Of a stretch of DNA of 64,000 bases, positions 28,973-38,142 are shown piece by piece. The stretch is from a virus. Taxonomy: Duplodnaviria > Caudoviricetes. Location of the stretch: positions 2,195 to 66,194 of IMG/VR virus record IMGVR_UViG_3300025598_000001; one strand, written 5' to 3'. Each line of letters begins with the position of its first letter. The first letter of the stretch is position 1. Under the pieces are notes generated by a model that saw only the letters and a program-made list of their open reading frames with translations, was not told where the DNA came from and did not search any database. The position numbers and the translations under genes were made by a program.

Positions 28973-30111
28973 TACACACCTACCTTTGCTTGTAATGCAG
29001 TAATAGTAGCTGCTTGTGCATCTACTTTAGCGTTTAGTTCTTTGATTGAAGCTACCAACAATGGAATAATGTCGGTATATTGAAGTCCCAATACACCATC
29101 TTTTTCATTAACTGCTTCAGGTAATACTTTTTGCACATCTTGGGCAATTAAAAATGGATGATTTATTTTTTCAGGGTCATCAATATAGTTGCCAATTACT
29201 GAACGCAAAGAAACAACTTTAGTTAACGCATCGAAAATTGGAATTAAATTTTCTTTTTTTGTTTCATCTGATGTTGCTGACCAAGAAGTTGCTCCATCAG
29301 CCACATAAACACCAACGTTTGATTGATTGTAAACGTTCCAACTATTTCCAGCATCAACTCCACTTCTCCAAAACTTTCCAGCAGAAGTAGCAGTATTTCT
29401 TTGATACATAGTTGCATAATTAGAACCACCACCTACCACATTTAATACTGGTGCTGGATTAGATGCAACTAACACACTTGTAGTTCCAACCAACAAATTA
29501 CCACTAGTATCAATGCGCATTTTTTCTGATGTGCCTTGAGAAAAACTTAATGCCCCAGCTCCGCTACCGCCTGATGTAAATAAAGAAAACCCATCACCCT
29601 GATGCCCTAACAGTAATTCTGATGAAGAACCACTATTGTTTGTTCCTATTTGAAGGTTATAAACCCTTCCATTTGGTGCAGAAATAGTTGTAGTACCAAT
29701 ACCCACATTCTGTGATGTATCAACATATACAGCAGTAGTAGGAGTAGAGCCTGTCTGCAAAGACAAAGCTGAGTTACCGCTTTGTATATTTGTAATTGTT
29801 CCAAGCTGCGCTGTATTTACCGTCCCCGCTGCTGGCTGGATTAAATTAGTCTGTAAACTCGTATACTCAACCCAAATGTTATTAGGGGTTGTTGAGTTAG
29901 CTGGAGGAGCTGATGTAAAAGTTAATGTTGTACCGGATACGGTATAAGCGTACTGTGGATTTTGAACTACGTTATTGACGCTAACAATAATCTGTGCCGC
30001 AGATACTACAGCGCTAGGTAAGGTAAATGACGTAGCTGTGCCGTTGCCTGAAAAATAAGCAACTTGTGGGGCGTATTGCTGGACGGAGAGCGAATTGCCG
30101 AGATATGCCAT
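28972..30111 (-). CDS. Tail fibre with peptidase S74 intramolecular chaperone domain
   Basis: TSDETKKENL...LIAQDVQKVLPEAV...LLVASIKEL; NVGIGTT and MRIDTSGNLLVGTT; start at MAYLGN. Confidence 0.85.
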   Translation of the reverse strand: MAYLGNSLSVQQYAPQVAYFSGNGTATSFTLPSAVVSAAQIIVSVNNVVQNPQYAYTVSGTTLTFTSAPPANSTTPNNIWVEYTSLQTNLIQPAAGTVNTAQLGTITNIQSGNSALSLQTGSTPTTAVYVDTSQNVGIGTTTISAPNGRVYNLQIGTNNSGSSSELLLGHQGDGFSLFTSGGSGAGALSFSQGTSEKMRIDTSGNLLVGTTSVLVASNPAPVLNVVGGGSNYATMYQRNTATSAGKFWRSGVDAGNSWNVYNQSNVGVYVADGATSWSATSDETKKENLIPIFDALTKVVSLRSVIGNYIDDPEKINHPFLIAQDVQKVLPEAVNEKDGVLGLQYTDIIPLLVASIKELNAKVDAQAATITALQAKVGV

Positions 30112-30437
30112 TATTGTGCCGTTAAGACTGATACCCAACAATCCCCAGAACTAGCGGCGCTATTTTGCACACTAAGCGAGTCTGAGGTATTCATAACTAC
30201 TCTGTTACCTTGAATACATTCTATAGTACCGCCGACTGGAACTGTGGCTTGATATACCAGATAGTAGTTTACTGCACTACGAGTAATGTATACAGAGGTT
30301 GTAATCGGTGAAGAAGTCGTATTAGATACTAAAGCACTAGCAATCGCAATCGTTCCTGCTGTTACGCTAGAAATTACGGTAGATGCCGCAGTACCTACGT
30401 TCTTTGCTGCATACGAGGTATTTGAATAAGTAGTCAT
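30111..30437 (-). CDS. Virion structural protein
   Basis: Ser/Thr-rich beta protein, translationally coupled. Confidence 0.65.
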   Translation of the reverse strand: MTTYSNTSYAAKNVGTAASTVISSVTAGTIAIASALVSNTTSSPITTSVYITRSAVNYYLVYQATVPVGGTIECIQGNRVVMNTSDSLSVQNSAASSGDCWVSVLTAQ

Positions 30438-30438
30438 G

Positions 30439-31320
30439 TTAGCCCATCATAAATGATAAAAAGTACGCAACGTCATTAGAAGCGCCGGCAGCCCAAACTG
30501 GGGGTGTGCTTGAACCTTGCGAAGTTAAAACCTGTCCAGTCGAACCATATTGTCCGTTAAACGCCACTGCACTAGCAGCGTTGATTGTCATTGCATCAGT
30601 AGTTAAATTGTTAATTACAAAGTGAATAGCATTAGAAGTATTAGTACCAATTGCTAAGTCTGTGCTTTGTGAATATAAATATACTACTCCGGGTGAATTG
30701 AATACGCTTCCTGATGCCGAAAACGTTGAGCTATTAATACCAAAGTCGCCGTAGTTGGTAGTAGCTGTACCACCGTTTGAGCTAACAATAATATCAGTTG
30801 ATGCGCTTGTGCCGTTGTTAGTGTTTTGGTAAATAACTTGAGCATAACTATTGACGTTAGCTGAATAAGAAGCCCAAATACCCGTATCAGAATAATTGAT
30901 AGTTCCGTAAGAATAAACGCCAGAAGAAGCGGTAGCCGTAGGAAACGCCGTAGATGTTGCAGTTACCGTATTTAATGACGCATTAGATCCTGTATAAATA
31001 GCTTGTTCTGCAGGGTAGGTAACAAAAACCGTTAAAGTATTTGAGGTGCTAAAACTAACTTTAGAAGGTTGTGTGCCAGCGCTATTAGATAAAACCGTAG
31101 TTCTTTGTAGAGCATTTGGAGTTCCAGCAATAACTGTACCAATGCCTACTTCCCATGTAAATGCAGTAGGGTCATAAATTGTGTAATACGTTGTATTGTT
31201 ATTACCAATGCCAGAAACAAAAGACTGATAGCCGTTTACCGCACCAGCCAGACTAACTGAGCCAGTACCGGTACTAACGGTTCCAGTTTCTTGGACACGA
31301 TCTGCAACGATGAAGGTCAT
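30439..31320 (-). CDS. Tail protein
   Basis: ADRVQET...WEVGIGT...RTTVLSNS...VFVTYPA N-terminal module; GQVLTSQG..PVW. Confidence 0.7.
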   Translation of the reverse strand: MTFIVADRVQETGTVSTGTGSVSLAGAVNGYQSFVSGIGNNNTTYYTIYDPTAFTWEVGIGTVIAGTPNALQRTTVLSNSAGTQPSKVSFSTSNTLTVFVTYPAEQAIYTGSNASLNTVTATSTAFPTATASSGVYSYGTINYSDTGIWASYSANVNSYAQVIYQNTNNGTSASTDIIVSSNGGTATTNYGDFGINSSTFSASGSVFNSPGVVYLYSQSTDLAIGTNTSNAIHFVINNLTTDAMTINAASAVAFNGQYGSTGQVLTSQGSSTPPVWAAGASNDVAYFLSFMMG

Positions 31321-31329
31321 TTAAGCCCC

Positions 31330-31938
31330 TTAGCTTGTTGCAGTAGTCGTGTACGTTACAGTGACGGTATCTCCAGCGGTAGTAGTCTTAGCTACAGAGA
31401 ACGCACCAGCGCTCCATAAAGTTCCACTTGAAGTATTAGTAAACGCTGCAGTAGCACCTGTACCAGTCAACAAGAAACAACCAGCTACCGTACCACCAGC
31501 GCCCGCAATCGTATACGTTACAGCAGTAGCAGCGCTAGAAACAATATTAGTACCAGCAGCAGTTGCGTTGTTTCCAGTTGCAGTTGTAAATACGGCTGTA
31601 CCACGTTGGGCTGTACCGGATACGGTATAAGCAGTAAACTCAGTCCAGTCAGAGTGTGATGCCCAAGTGTCTGTAGGGCTAAATCCGGTATAAGTACCGA
31701 TCAATCCTAAGTATGGACCAACGATAGCAGTAGCGCTAAAGAAGGTATTGTTCATTGCAAGGATTTTGCCTTGTTGAACAACTTGGTTTTCAATACTGTC
31801 TTCCCACTTAACGTTACCGTCTTTATCGTGGCAAATTACATGGTAGTAACCATCAGCCGCTACGTTTTCTAAATTGGCAGCATTAGCTTGTAGTGTCGCT
31901 ACAGCGTAATCGCCAGATCCTGTAAATTCTTTATGCAT
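31330..31938 (-). CDS. Virion structural protein
   Basis: G.YHVIC.DKDGNVKWED...N.V...G, W.EFT.Y, GTLWSAG.F, GDTVTVTY. Confidence 0.65.
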   Translation of the reverse strand: MHKEFTGSGDYAVATLQANAANLENVAADGYYHVICHDKDGNVKWEDSIENQVVQQGKILAMNNTFFSATAIVGPYLGLIGTYTGFSPTDTWASHSDWTEFTAYTVSGTAQRGTAVFTTATGNNATAAGTNIVSSAATAVTYTIAGAGGTVAGCFLLTGTGATAAFTNTSSGTLWSAGAFSVAKTTTAGDTVTVTYTTTATS

Positions 31939-31946
31939 AATTACTC

Positions 31947-32402
31947 CTAGTCTGGACTACTATAGTTGATACTACTACTAGTAGTACCGAGGGTTAAAAT
32001 TGCGGACGAATAATTCGCTGCCGGAAATTGTATGGTAAAGCTAGTTGTACAAGTCTTGTCTGACCCAAAATTTAATACAAAACACGCTGCACCTGTAGTT
32101 GCATTGTATACTAATGCCCCCCTAGCGGTAAAGGATGCTGGGTTCCAAACCGCATTTTGGAAAGATACGTAGGTGATGTTATATTGGTTGTTTTGAGTGG
32201 GTGGTACAGAAATAGTCAAAGGTAACCCACCAGCCGTATATCCTGTGCCAACAACTTCATTTACAGTTGTATAAGCTGTAGTTTGCTGACCTAAGTTTGC
32301 TAGCCCAGTATATAAAGCAATTTTATAGTTGCCAGTAGTGAAATTTTCATTCCCATTTAGCAAATTTTGCTGAAAAATCGTGCAGGATGTTTGGGTAATC
32401 AT
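31947..32402 (-). CDS. Virion structural protein
   Basis: YKIALYT...EVVGTGYTAGG...TARGALVYN...VLNFGSDKT. Confidence 0.7.
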   Translation of the reverse strand: MITQTSCTIFQQNLLNGNENFTTGNYKIALYTGLANLGQQTTAYTTVNEVVGTGYTAGGLPLTISVPPTQNNQYNITYVSFQNAVWNPASFTARGALVYNATTGAACFVLNFGSDKTCTTSFTIQFPAANYSSAILTLGTTSSSINYSSPD

Positions 32403-33373
32403 GAGACCACATTACCTTTAAGATTAATATTAAGCTTGGTTTGACCATCTCTGTAGGCATCACCACGATCAAGACCGTCACAGAAGCGTCTAAACTCTAA
32501 TAGGGCTTCTTGATATTTAGCCTCGTAATTTCCAACAATATCAGCTTCACCCTTCATAAATAACTGGGCTTCACGCATAGCACCATAGAACAGCACAGGG
32601 TCATAATTATCGCCAAGCCAGCTAGTTCCAGTTGTATTAGATACGCTGGAAACGTTTACAGTAAATCCTGAACCAGTACCTGAACCAATAGAAGAAGAGC
32701 TAAAACTAAGCGTATCCCCCATAACATAAAAGACACCGCCATCATTAAGAGTAATATTGGTTACTGCGCCAGAAGACCCTACTGTAATTGTAGCTGTAGC
32801 ATTTGAGCCATTTCCACCGGTTAAGGGTACTTCTGGATATACGCCGGGAGTGTAGAGCGATCCAGCATTAGTAATTGAACTAAACCCATTAATAATACCC
32901 TGCACAATAGTAGGTGGGTAGTAGTAATAATGCATCTCAATAGGGTAAGCTTGGTCGGGTGCGGGTGCAACCATAATAGTCATTTCATTGACATTACCAT
33001 ATTGGGAACCAAAAAGAGCGTAGTATTTAGGAGTTCCAGTTGGCGTTCCTTGGTATGCAACACCGTTATTGGCGGCGTATGGATACGCTTGGCGCATGAA
33101 GTTAACATCTTTATTAATCAGATAGTTATACATCCCCGTAGTTGGATCTATAACTGCAAAAGAGTAATTTGCCAGCCAGTCAATAGGGAGAGCCACATAT
33201 TGGTTACCTGATGTCATAGTACCAACTACGTTCTTACGCAGTGATGGTACGTTTACTGAATTGTATATACGAGTTTCAGCCTGTTGGACAAACTGAGGAA
33301 TGTCCTTAACAAATAACGCCTCAGTGTTCTCGGCGTAGTCTTGTATCAGTTGCTGAAGCTGTACGTAATTCAT
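32399..33373 (-). CDS. Head-tail adaptor / tail tubular protein
   Basis: FVQQAETRIY, GTPKYYA, APAPD, TSWLGDN...LFYG; contains an inserted beta domain. Confidence 0.7.
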   Translation of the reverse strand: MNYVQLQQLIQDYAENTEALFVKDIPQFVQQAETRIYNSVNVPSLRKNVVGTMTSGNQYVALPIDWLANYSFAVIDPTTGMYNYLINKDVNFMRQAYPYAANNGVAYQGTPTGTPKYYALFGSQYGNVNEMTIMVAPAPDQAYPIEMHYYYYPPTIVQGIINGFSSITNAGSLYTPGVYPEVPLTGGNGSNATATITVGSSGAVTNITLNDGGVFYVMGDTLSFSSSSIGSGTGSGFTVNVSSVSNTTGTSWLGDNYDPVLFYGAMREAQLFMKGEADIVGNYEAKYQEALLEFRRFCDGLDRGDAYRDGQTKLNINLKGNVVS

Positions 33374-33639
33374 TATGCCATTGGACCTCTAGACATACGA
33401 CCTTTAGTTGCAGCGCCAGCGCCACGCATTTCAATACCATCAGTCTTAGGACCACGAGTATTATTACCAATAGAAACACGCATAGCAGGCATGCCACCCG
33501 GCGTTACTTCGTCTGCTTTTAAAGTATTAGGATCAGTTGCATAGCAAACACCTAACTCTACATCAGAAGTACCAATTTCTTTTCCTGACATTTTATGTGG
33601 CTTAGCGTACTCGCTAGCCGGTTTAACGTTTTTAGCCAT
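33373..33639 (-). CDS. Small basic virion-module protein
   Basis: KTDGIEMRGAGAATKG...RGPMA. Confidence 0.65.
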   Translation of the reverse strand: MAKNVKPASEYAKPHKMSGKEIGTSDVELGVCYATDPNTLKADEVTPGGMPAMRVSIGNNTRGPKTDGIEMRGAGAATKGRMSRGPMA

Positions 33640-33640
33640 A

Positions 33641-33895
33641 TTAACGACCTCTTGAGCTTGACTTCTGGTTCATAGCACGAGCCATATTACGACCCATAGC
33701 TTTTTCTTGGGCGCTAGTTACACCGCCTTTAGCCATTTTATTAACCATTTTTTTAGCCATGCCGCCTTTTTTGAGCTTGTCTAAGTTAGTACCTTTGCCG
33801 CCCTTATGCTCTTGAGCATCATGCATTTTAAATGCTTTCTTAACGATAGCTTTATCTTGCTTGATATCTTCTTTCATGCTTTCCATCTTTGCCAT
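33641..33895 (-). CDS. Small basic virion-module protein
   Basis: Lys/Met-rich; KKGG and AKGG motifs; MGRNMARAMNQ. Confidence 0.65.
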   Translation of the reverse strand: MAKMESMKEDIKQDKAIVKKAFKMHDAQEHKGGKGTNLDKLKKGGMAKKMVNKMAKGGVTSAQEKAMGRNMARAMNQKSSSRGR

Positions 33896-33906
33896 GTTAC
33901 TACTCC

Positions 33907-34338
33907 TTAAGTTGTTACTACGGTTACTGTGCCTATTGTAATGGCTAAATTCAAATCATTGGGGCTAAATGCATCTGCAAAACCCTGTGCCCCGCCTACA
34001 GGATTCCAACCCCACTGGGTCTGTCTACTACCATCGCTAGGATACCCAGCATTAGTTACACTGTTACTAGCGTTAGGGTTTACATATAACCCTGTATTTC
34101 CTGACGAATAATAGCTTACATCCGGTCTTGGGTCACGCACTCCTTGTGGGTCATTTACAGGGTATAGACCAAGTTGTAACTGTGGTTGATCTGGATCCCA
34201 GCAAGTAGGGCAAACCTTAATGTTAAATGGGTGTGTCTTAATAATCTCAGTTTTTAACTGATGCAACTTATACCTTTGCCCACACCGGTCACATTCGGCT
34301 ATCGAGTGCTTGCCAGAAGCAAACTTAGATGCGGTCAT
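33907..34338 (-). CDS. Zn-ribbon conserved phage protein
   Basis: CDRCG...VCPTCWDPDQPQ...DPRPD. Confidence 0.7.
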   Translation of the reverse strand: MTASKFASGKHSIAECDRCGQRYKLHQLKTEIIKTHPFNIKVCPTCWDPDQPQLQLGLYPVNDPQGVRDPRPDVSYYSSGNTGLYVNPNASNSVTNAGYPSDGSRQTQWGWNPVGGAQGFADAFSPNDLNLAITIGTVTVVTT

Positions 34339-34340
34339 AA

Positions 34341-35294
34341 TTACCTAGAGTAAAACAAATTACGTGGAACCATACGCCAAGACGCTTTTTCCCTGTCCTC
34401 GTCGGCGGCTAATTGGAACTGCTGCTCATAGTCTGCTTTTAATAAAGGGATACGGTTCATATCAATATTAGGTAATTTCATAGCTAAATAATAAGCTAAT
34501 CCTGCAGCCATACAAGGAATAAACCGGAATGGGATATCCTCGGTATTAACTCCCGTGCCAGAGTCCTGTATGCGACGCATACGCCAGTAAATAAACTGAT
34601 ACTGAGTTCCCGGAACCCCTGTAGGCCAAATATTGATATTGGGTAGGTAGTTGTTATATACCAAAGCCCCAGCTGAATGAGACGCAGCGGTAGTGCCGTT
34701 CATCCCACGGTAGCAATTTAAAAGCTGATTAGCCTGCCCATTTACAGCAGTGCCTAAGTTTTGGTACAGAATAGTTTCGCCGTCAATATTAATATAGCCT
34801 TGGCTACGCATATTGGCAGTTGACGTTACGTTAATAGTTGTATCCGTAGACGCTATAGGGTATCCGCTTGCTACGGTGGTCACTGGTGTCGAGTCAACGT
34901 TTCCTGATTGGCGGTCAATCCAAACTTGAATAGGACGTCCATAAGCATTTTTAGTTGGTAAATCAAGGTAATCATCTGCAGAAATACGGGTGATGTTAAT
35001 ATCAATTTGATTTTGTCCTGAACCTTGACGAATAACGTGGTCGTATAAATCGATTGTATCTACAGGAATTGGATAGCTAATCTGACCTGCATTGATATTG
35101 ATAGGAATTTGCCCCTGCTCAATAGTCCAAAGATTTATGCCACGATTCGCCCACTCAATAGTGAGCATATTAAAACTACGCTGTGCCGTTCTAAAATCGT
35201 AACCAGAACGGGACTGTGAACCACAACGCTCAAAAGCTTCCTCAATGAGGTCGCCCATGTCTAAATTGAACGATGTAGTTCCTGAAGTAGCCAT
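34341..35294 (-). CDS. Head-tail adaptor / tail tubular protein A-like
   Basis: IEEAFERCG, EWANRGINLWT, IPFRFIPCMAAGLAYYL, AADEDRE. Confidence 0.72.
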   Translation of the reverse strand: MATSGTTSFNLDMGDLIEEAFERCGSQSRSGYDFRTAQRSFNMLTIEWANRGINLWTIEQGQIPININAGQISYPIPVDTIDLYDHVIRQGSGQNQIDINITRISADDYLDLPTKNAYGRPIQVWIDRQSGNVDSTPVTTVASGYPIASTDTTINVTSTANMRSQGYINIDGETILYQNLGTAVNGQANQLLNCYRGMNGTTAASHSAGALVYNNYLPNINIWPTGVPGTQYQFIYWRMRRIQDSGTGVNTEDIPFRFIPCMAAGLAYYLAMKLPNIDMNRIPLLKADYEQQFQLAADEDREKASWRMVPRNLFYSR

Positions 35295-35491
35295 TACTTA
35301 GCTTTCTTTTTAGCAACAGTTTTTTTAGCAACCGTCCGTGTGGTGGCTTTCTTTAACGAAGGGGCTTTCTTCTTTGGGCGTGGCTCAAAGTCCTCGCTTG
35401 GAACAGGAAAAGGCCAAGCCGCTATTTCAGCTGGATCTGGTTCAAACTTACTTAGTGCCCACTGTAAAGCTTTTTTAATATGTTTTTTCAT
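35294..35491 (-). CDS. Small basic protein
   Basis: WPFP motif and Lys-rich tail; coupled ORF. Confidence 0.6.
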   Translation of the reverse strand: MKKHIKKALQWALSKFEPDPAEIAAWPFPVPSEDFEPRPKKKAPSLKKATTRTVAKKTVAKKKAK

Positions 35492-35667
35492 TTCTTTAGC
35501 CCTTTCAGGGTTTCCGCCAGCCTAGCCCGCTTACCCACCTTGCCGGGTTTCTTTGCAGCTGCAGCTAATTTGGCTGCCGGAATAGGTTTACCGGGTTTAG
35601 CGCCTAATTGAGAACGCAACGCACCGGGTTTTTTAATAGCATCTTTAATCCAATTTTTAGTAGCCAT
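35488..35667 (-). CDS. Small basic protein, 59 aa (not in ORF track)
   Basis: Hand translation MATKNWIKDAIKKPGALRSQLG...GKRARLAETLKGLKK; fills the gap with overlapping start and stop. Confidence 0.75.
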   Translation of the reverse strand: MATKNWIKDAIKKPGALRSQLGAKPGKPIPAAKLAAAAKKPGKVGKRARLAETLKGLKK

Positions 35668-36032
35668 TATTTTTTCCTTGCTGTTTTAGCAGACTTGATA
35701 AAGTCTTCTTTTGTAGGTGCGCCTTTAGATCCAACTTTACGCATTTTTTCACCAGAGCCAGCTTTAATACGTGCCTGCTTTGCATGAATATTGGCATAAA
35801 GCCCAACCTTACCACCTTTTTTAGAGCCTTTTGTTTCTTGTTGCATTAGCGCTGTTTGGTCTTGGTAATTAAGTACTGGGTCACCTATAGTTGCTCCACC
35901 AGCGTCATAGCCTTTAACTTTGCCACCTTTTTTATACATAGTGACATCGTTCGGATTGTCTTTCCGAACAATAGTTTTAGCCTTTGGCATCTTAGATGGG
36001 TTAATATCGCCCATCCCACGAGAAGCTCGCAT
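35667..36032 (-). CDS. Small basic protein
   Basis: MRASRGMGDINPSKMP; GLYANIHAK...GSGEKMRK.GSKGAPT. Confidence 0.7.
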   Translation of the reverse strand: MRASRGMGDINPSKMPKAKTIVRKDNPNDVTMYKKGGKVKGYDAGGATIGDPVLNYQDQTALMQQETKGSKKGGKVGLYANIHAKQARIKAGSGEKMRKVGSKGAPTKEDFIKSAKTARKK

Positions 36033-36373
36033 TACTTAGCCTTAGACATTCCGCCACCACACATGGCTTTTACATGATCGTGGTGCATTTTGTGAGGAGT
36101 TTCACCGTACATCTTAGAAACTTTCTCTTGCTCATGCATGTGATCATGGCCTTTGCCATAGTGATGCTTAACGTGTTCTACATTGTGCTTGTGTTCCATA
36201 GTTTTACCACCTTTCTTATAGGCATTGCCCATTGCGTCCATACGACCTTCTTCCATGCCCTTACGAGCAGCATCACCACGAGATCCAAAAACCTCGTAGT
36301 CCTGTTTAGCTTCAGCAGCTTTACCCTTTGCTGCGTTATCAGCGTAATACTTCTTTTGCTGTTCTGGGGTCAT
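36032..36373 (-). CDS. Small His-rich protein
   Basis: His-dense C-terminal half. Confidence 0.65.
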   Translation of the reverse strand: MTPEQQKKYYADNAAKGKAAEAKQDYEVFGSRGDAARKGMEEGRMDAMGNAYKKGGKTMEHKHNVEHVKHHYGKGHDHMHEQEKVSKMYGETPHKMHHDHVKAMCGGGMSKAK

Positions 36374-36375
36374 GA

Positions 36376-36549
36376 TTATTTGCAGTTAACTAGTGGACCG
36401 TTACCGATGGTGTTACCACTCATCTTTGGGTACTTGGTCTTAGTTTTACCACGCTCAGCGATACCATCAATACTAGGAGCGCCAGTTTTAACTTTGCCCA
36501 TAGTTTCGCTACCCATAGTCTCTTTTTGAGAAAATTTCTTAGTTGCCAT
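36376..36549 (-). CDS. Small basic protein, 57 aa (not in ORF track)
   Basis: Hand translation MATKKFSQKETMGSETMGKVKTGAPSIDGIAERGKTK...NCK. Confidence 0.7.
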   Translation of the reverse strand: MATKKFSQKETMGSETMGKVKTGAPSIDGIAERGKTKTKYPKMSGNTIGNGPLVNCK

Positions 36550-36842
36550 CATTTTTTCTTCACCTTTCCGCCAGTTTTTTTACCGACGTATTTGTTTAAA
36601 TTAACATCTGGTGCATTCTTTTGCTGCCCTAGAATACTACCAAACCTTGTTTCTTGGCGGTTAATTTGGTTCTTGCCGCCTCGAGTAACACCAACACCAC
36701 CACCTAGACCAAATTTCTTACCTTTATCAGCCTTGGCAAACTCTTTACCGACTGATTGTTTAATTCCTACCTTCTTAGCAAAAGCCTTATTGTGTGCTAC
36801 GGCTTCCATTAAGTTATGTTGTTTTTTGCTTACGCTTGGCAT
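36549..36842 (-). CDS. Small basic protein
   Basis: MPSVSKKQHNLMEAVAHNKAFAKKVGI.QSVGKEF.KADKG. Confidence 0.7.
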   Translation of the reverse strand: MPSVSKKQHNLMEAVAHNKAFAKKVGIKQSVGKEFAKADKGKKFGLGGGVGVTRGGKNQINRQETRFGSILGQQKNAPDVNLNKYVGKKTGGKVKKK

Positions 36843-37090
36843 TATTTTAAATAATCCTTAAATCCAGACCAAAGCAAAGTAGCTACGCCAACTACTGCCA
36901 TCCAAACTAAACCAGTTAAAGTTTTTTCAATTATAGCTTTACGTAGTGCAGCACGTTCAGCTTCTGCTTTAATTGCCATTCTAACCCATTGAATTTCTTC
37001 ATCGGATAAAGGGTGGTGTTCTACTGCTTCTGCAACTGCTGTTTTTAGCAGCTCCATTAACTCTGACTTAGTTTGATCATCTAGTTGCAT
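36842..37090 (-). CDS. Small membrane protein
   Basis: C-terminal TM helix. Confidence 0.6.
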   Translation of the reverse strand: MQLDDQTKSELMELLKTAVAEAVEHHPLSDEEIQWVRMAIKAEAERAALRKAIIEKTLTGLVWMAVVGVATLLWSGFKDYLK

Positions 37091-37091
37091 C

Positions 37092-37352
37092 TTAACATTT
37101 CCATCGTTTTAAGCTAGCTGCCTTACGAGTCGGACGACCTTTTTCGTCTTTCATAGGACCCGGCATTCCAGACATTCTTGCACAAAAAGACTTCTTACGT
37201 GCGCCACCTTCAGGTTGCGGAGCCTTTAAATGCGACCCCGTTTCCCGATTATATTTTGCACGACCTTTGGCAGTAAGACCAGCACCTTTAGATACTGGAA
37301 GCTTCTCACCTCTACCAACTGCAAGTGATGGGCCTTTTTTCTTAGTTGCCAT
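37092..37352 (-). CDS. Small basic conserved phage protein (DUF6321-like)
   Basis: GLTAKGRAKYN...LKAP...RKKSFCARM...SLKRWKC. Confidence 0.7.
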   Translation of the reverse strand: MATKKKGPSLAVGRGEKLPVSKGAGLTAKGRAKYNRETGSHLKAPQPEGGARKKSFCARMSGMPGPMKDEKGRPTRKAASLKRWKC

Positions 37353-37353
37353 G

Positions 37354-38142
37354 TTAGCTTCCGTTAGAAATTAATTTACCAGTCACAATAATACCTACTG
37401 GAACAGTTCCAGTGCTTGTGTATAACTGCCATTGAATGTCTGTTTTTTCGGTATACGCAAACGGATCTGCTACACGACTTGCTGTGTAAATAGATACAAA
37501 TGGTTGTTGCAACACGTTCAAAGTTACGCCATTAATATTATTTTTAGCTTGTACTTTATAAGTTACGATAGTAGAACCAGTATAGCTATTACCAGTATTA
37601 GCCTCTACCCAATCTAAATAAAAAGTGTAGCCGGCTGGGACTGTATAAACTGTGCTTTGTGATTTACCAATACCAGCGTTAATTTGCGCCAGAGTATTAG
37701 TACTTTGTTTAGCAGTAATAATACCAGCATTAGATGTTTGACCGGAAGCAACACCAACCATACTTAGCGAATTTACACGTAAGTAACTACCAATAGTTGT
37801 AGAAGTTGCAGTGCCGTTTAAAACAACAGTTTCTGAAATAGGGTTAAAGTTTGCATCTAAACCGCTAATAAAAACAGCAGCTGGGGCAACGTCGGCAGTG
37901 TTATTACTTGAAATAAGCAAGGTTGAAGCCGTTGTTGGGTATACATAAACAGCTGCATTTTCCCAAATAGCAATATTGGTAGCTGTACCAACAGATGCTT
38001 GATAAGCAAAAAGACTTACAGTTTGATGACCAGTAATTTGACCACGGGCTACTTGTAAATCAAAAGGCTCGGTTCTACCCGAACGGGTAATTGACATTAC
38101 CGAATTATTAGTGCTCGGTATTCCACTTGGGCTTTGTGCCAT
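37354..38142 (-). CDS. Virion structural protein
   Basis: EPFDLQVARGQI.GH; GLDANF..ISETV.LNG; YTVPAGYTFY. Confidence 0.65.
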   Translation of the reverse strand: MAQSPSGIPSTNNSVMSITRSGRTEPFDLQVARGQITGHQTVSLFAYQASVGTATNIAIWENAAVYVYPTTASTLLISSNNTADVAPAAVFISGLDANFNPISETVVLNGTATSTTIGSYLRVNSLSMVGVASGQTSNAGIITAKQSTNTLAQINAGIGKSQSTVYTVPAGYTFYLDWVEANTGNSYTGSTIVTYKVQAKNNINGVTLNVLQQPFVSIYTASRVADPFAYTEKTDIQWQLYTSTGTVPVGIIVTGKLISNGS

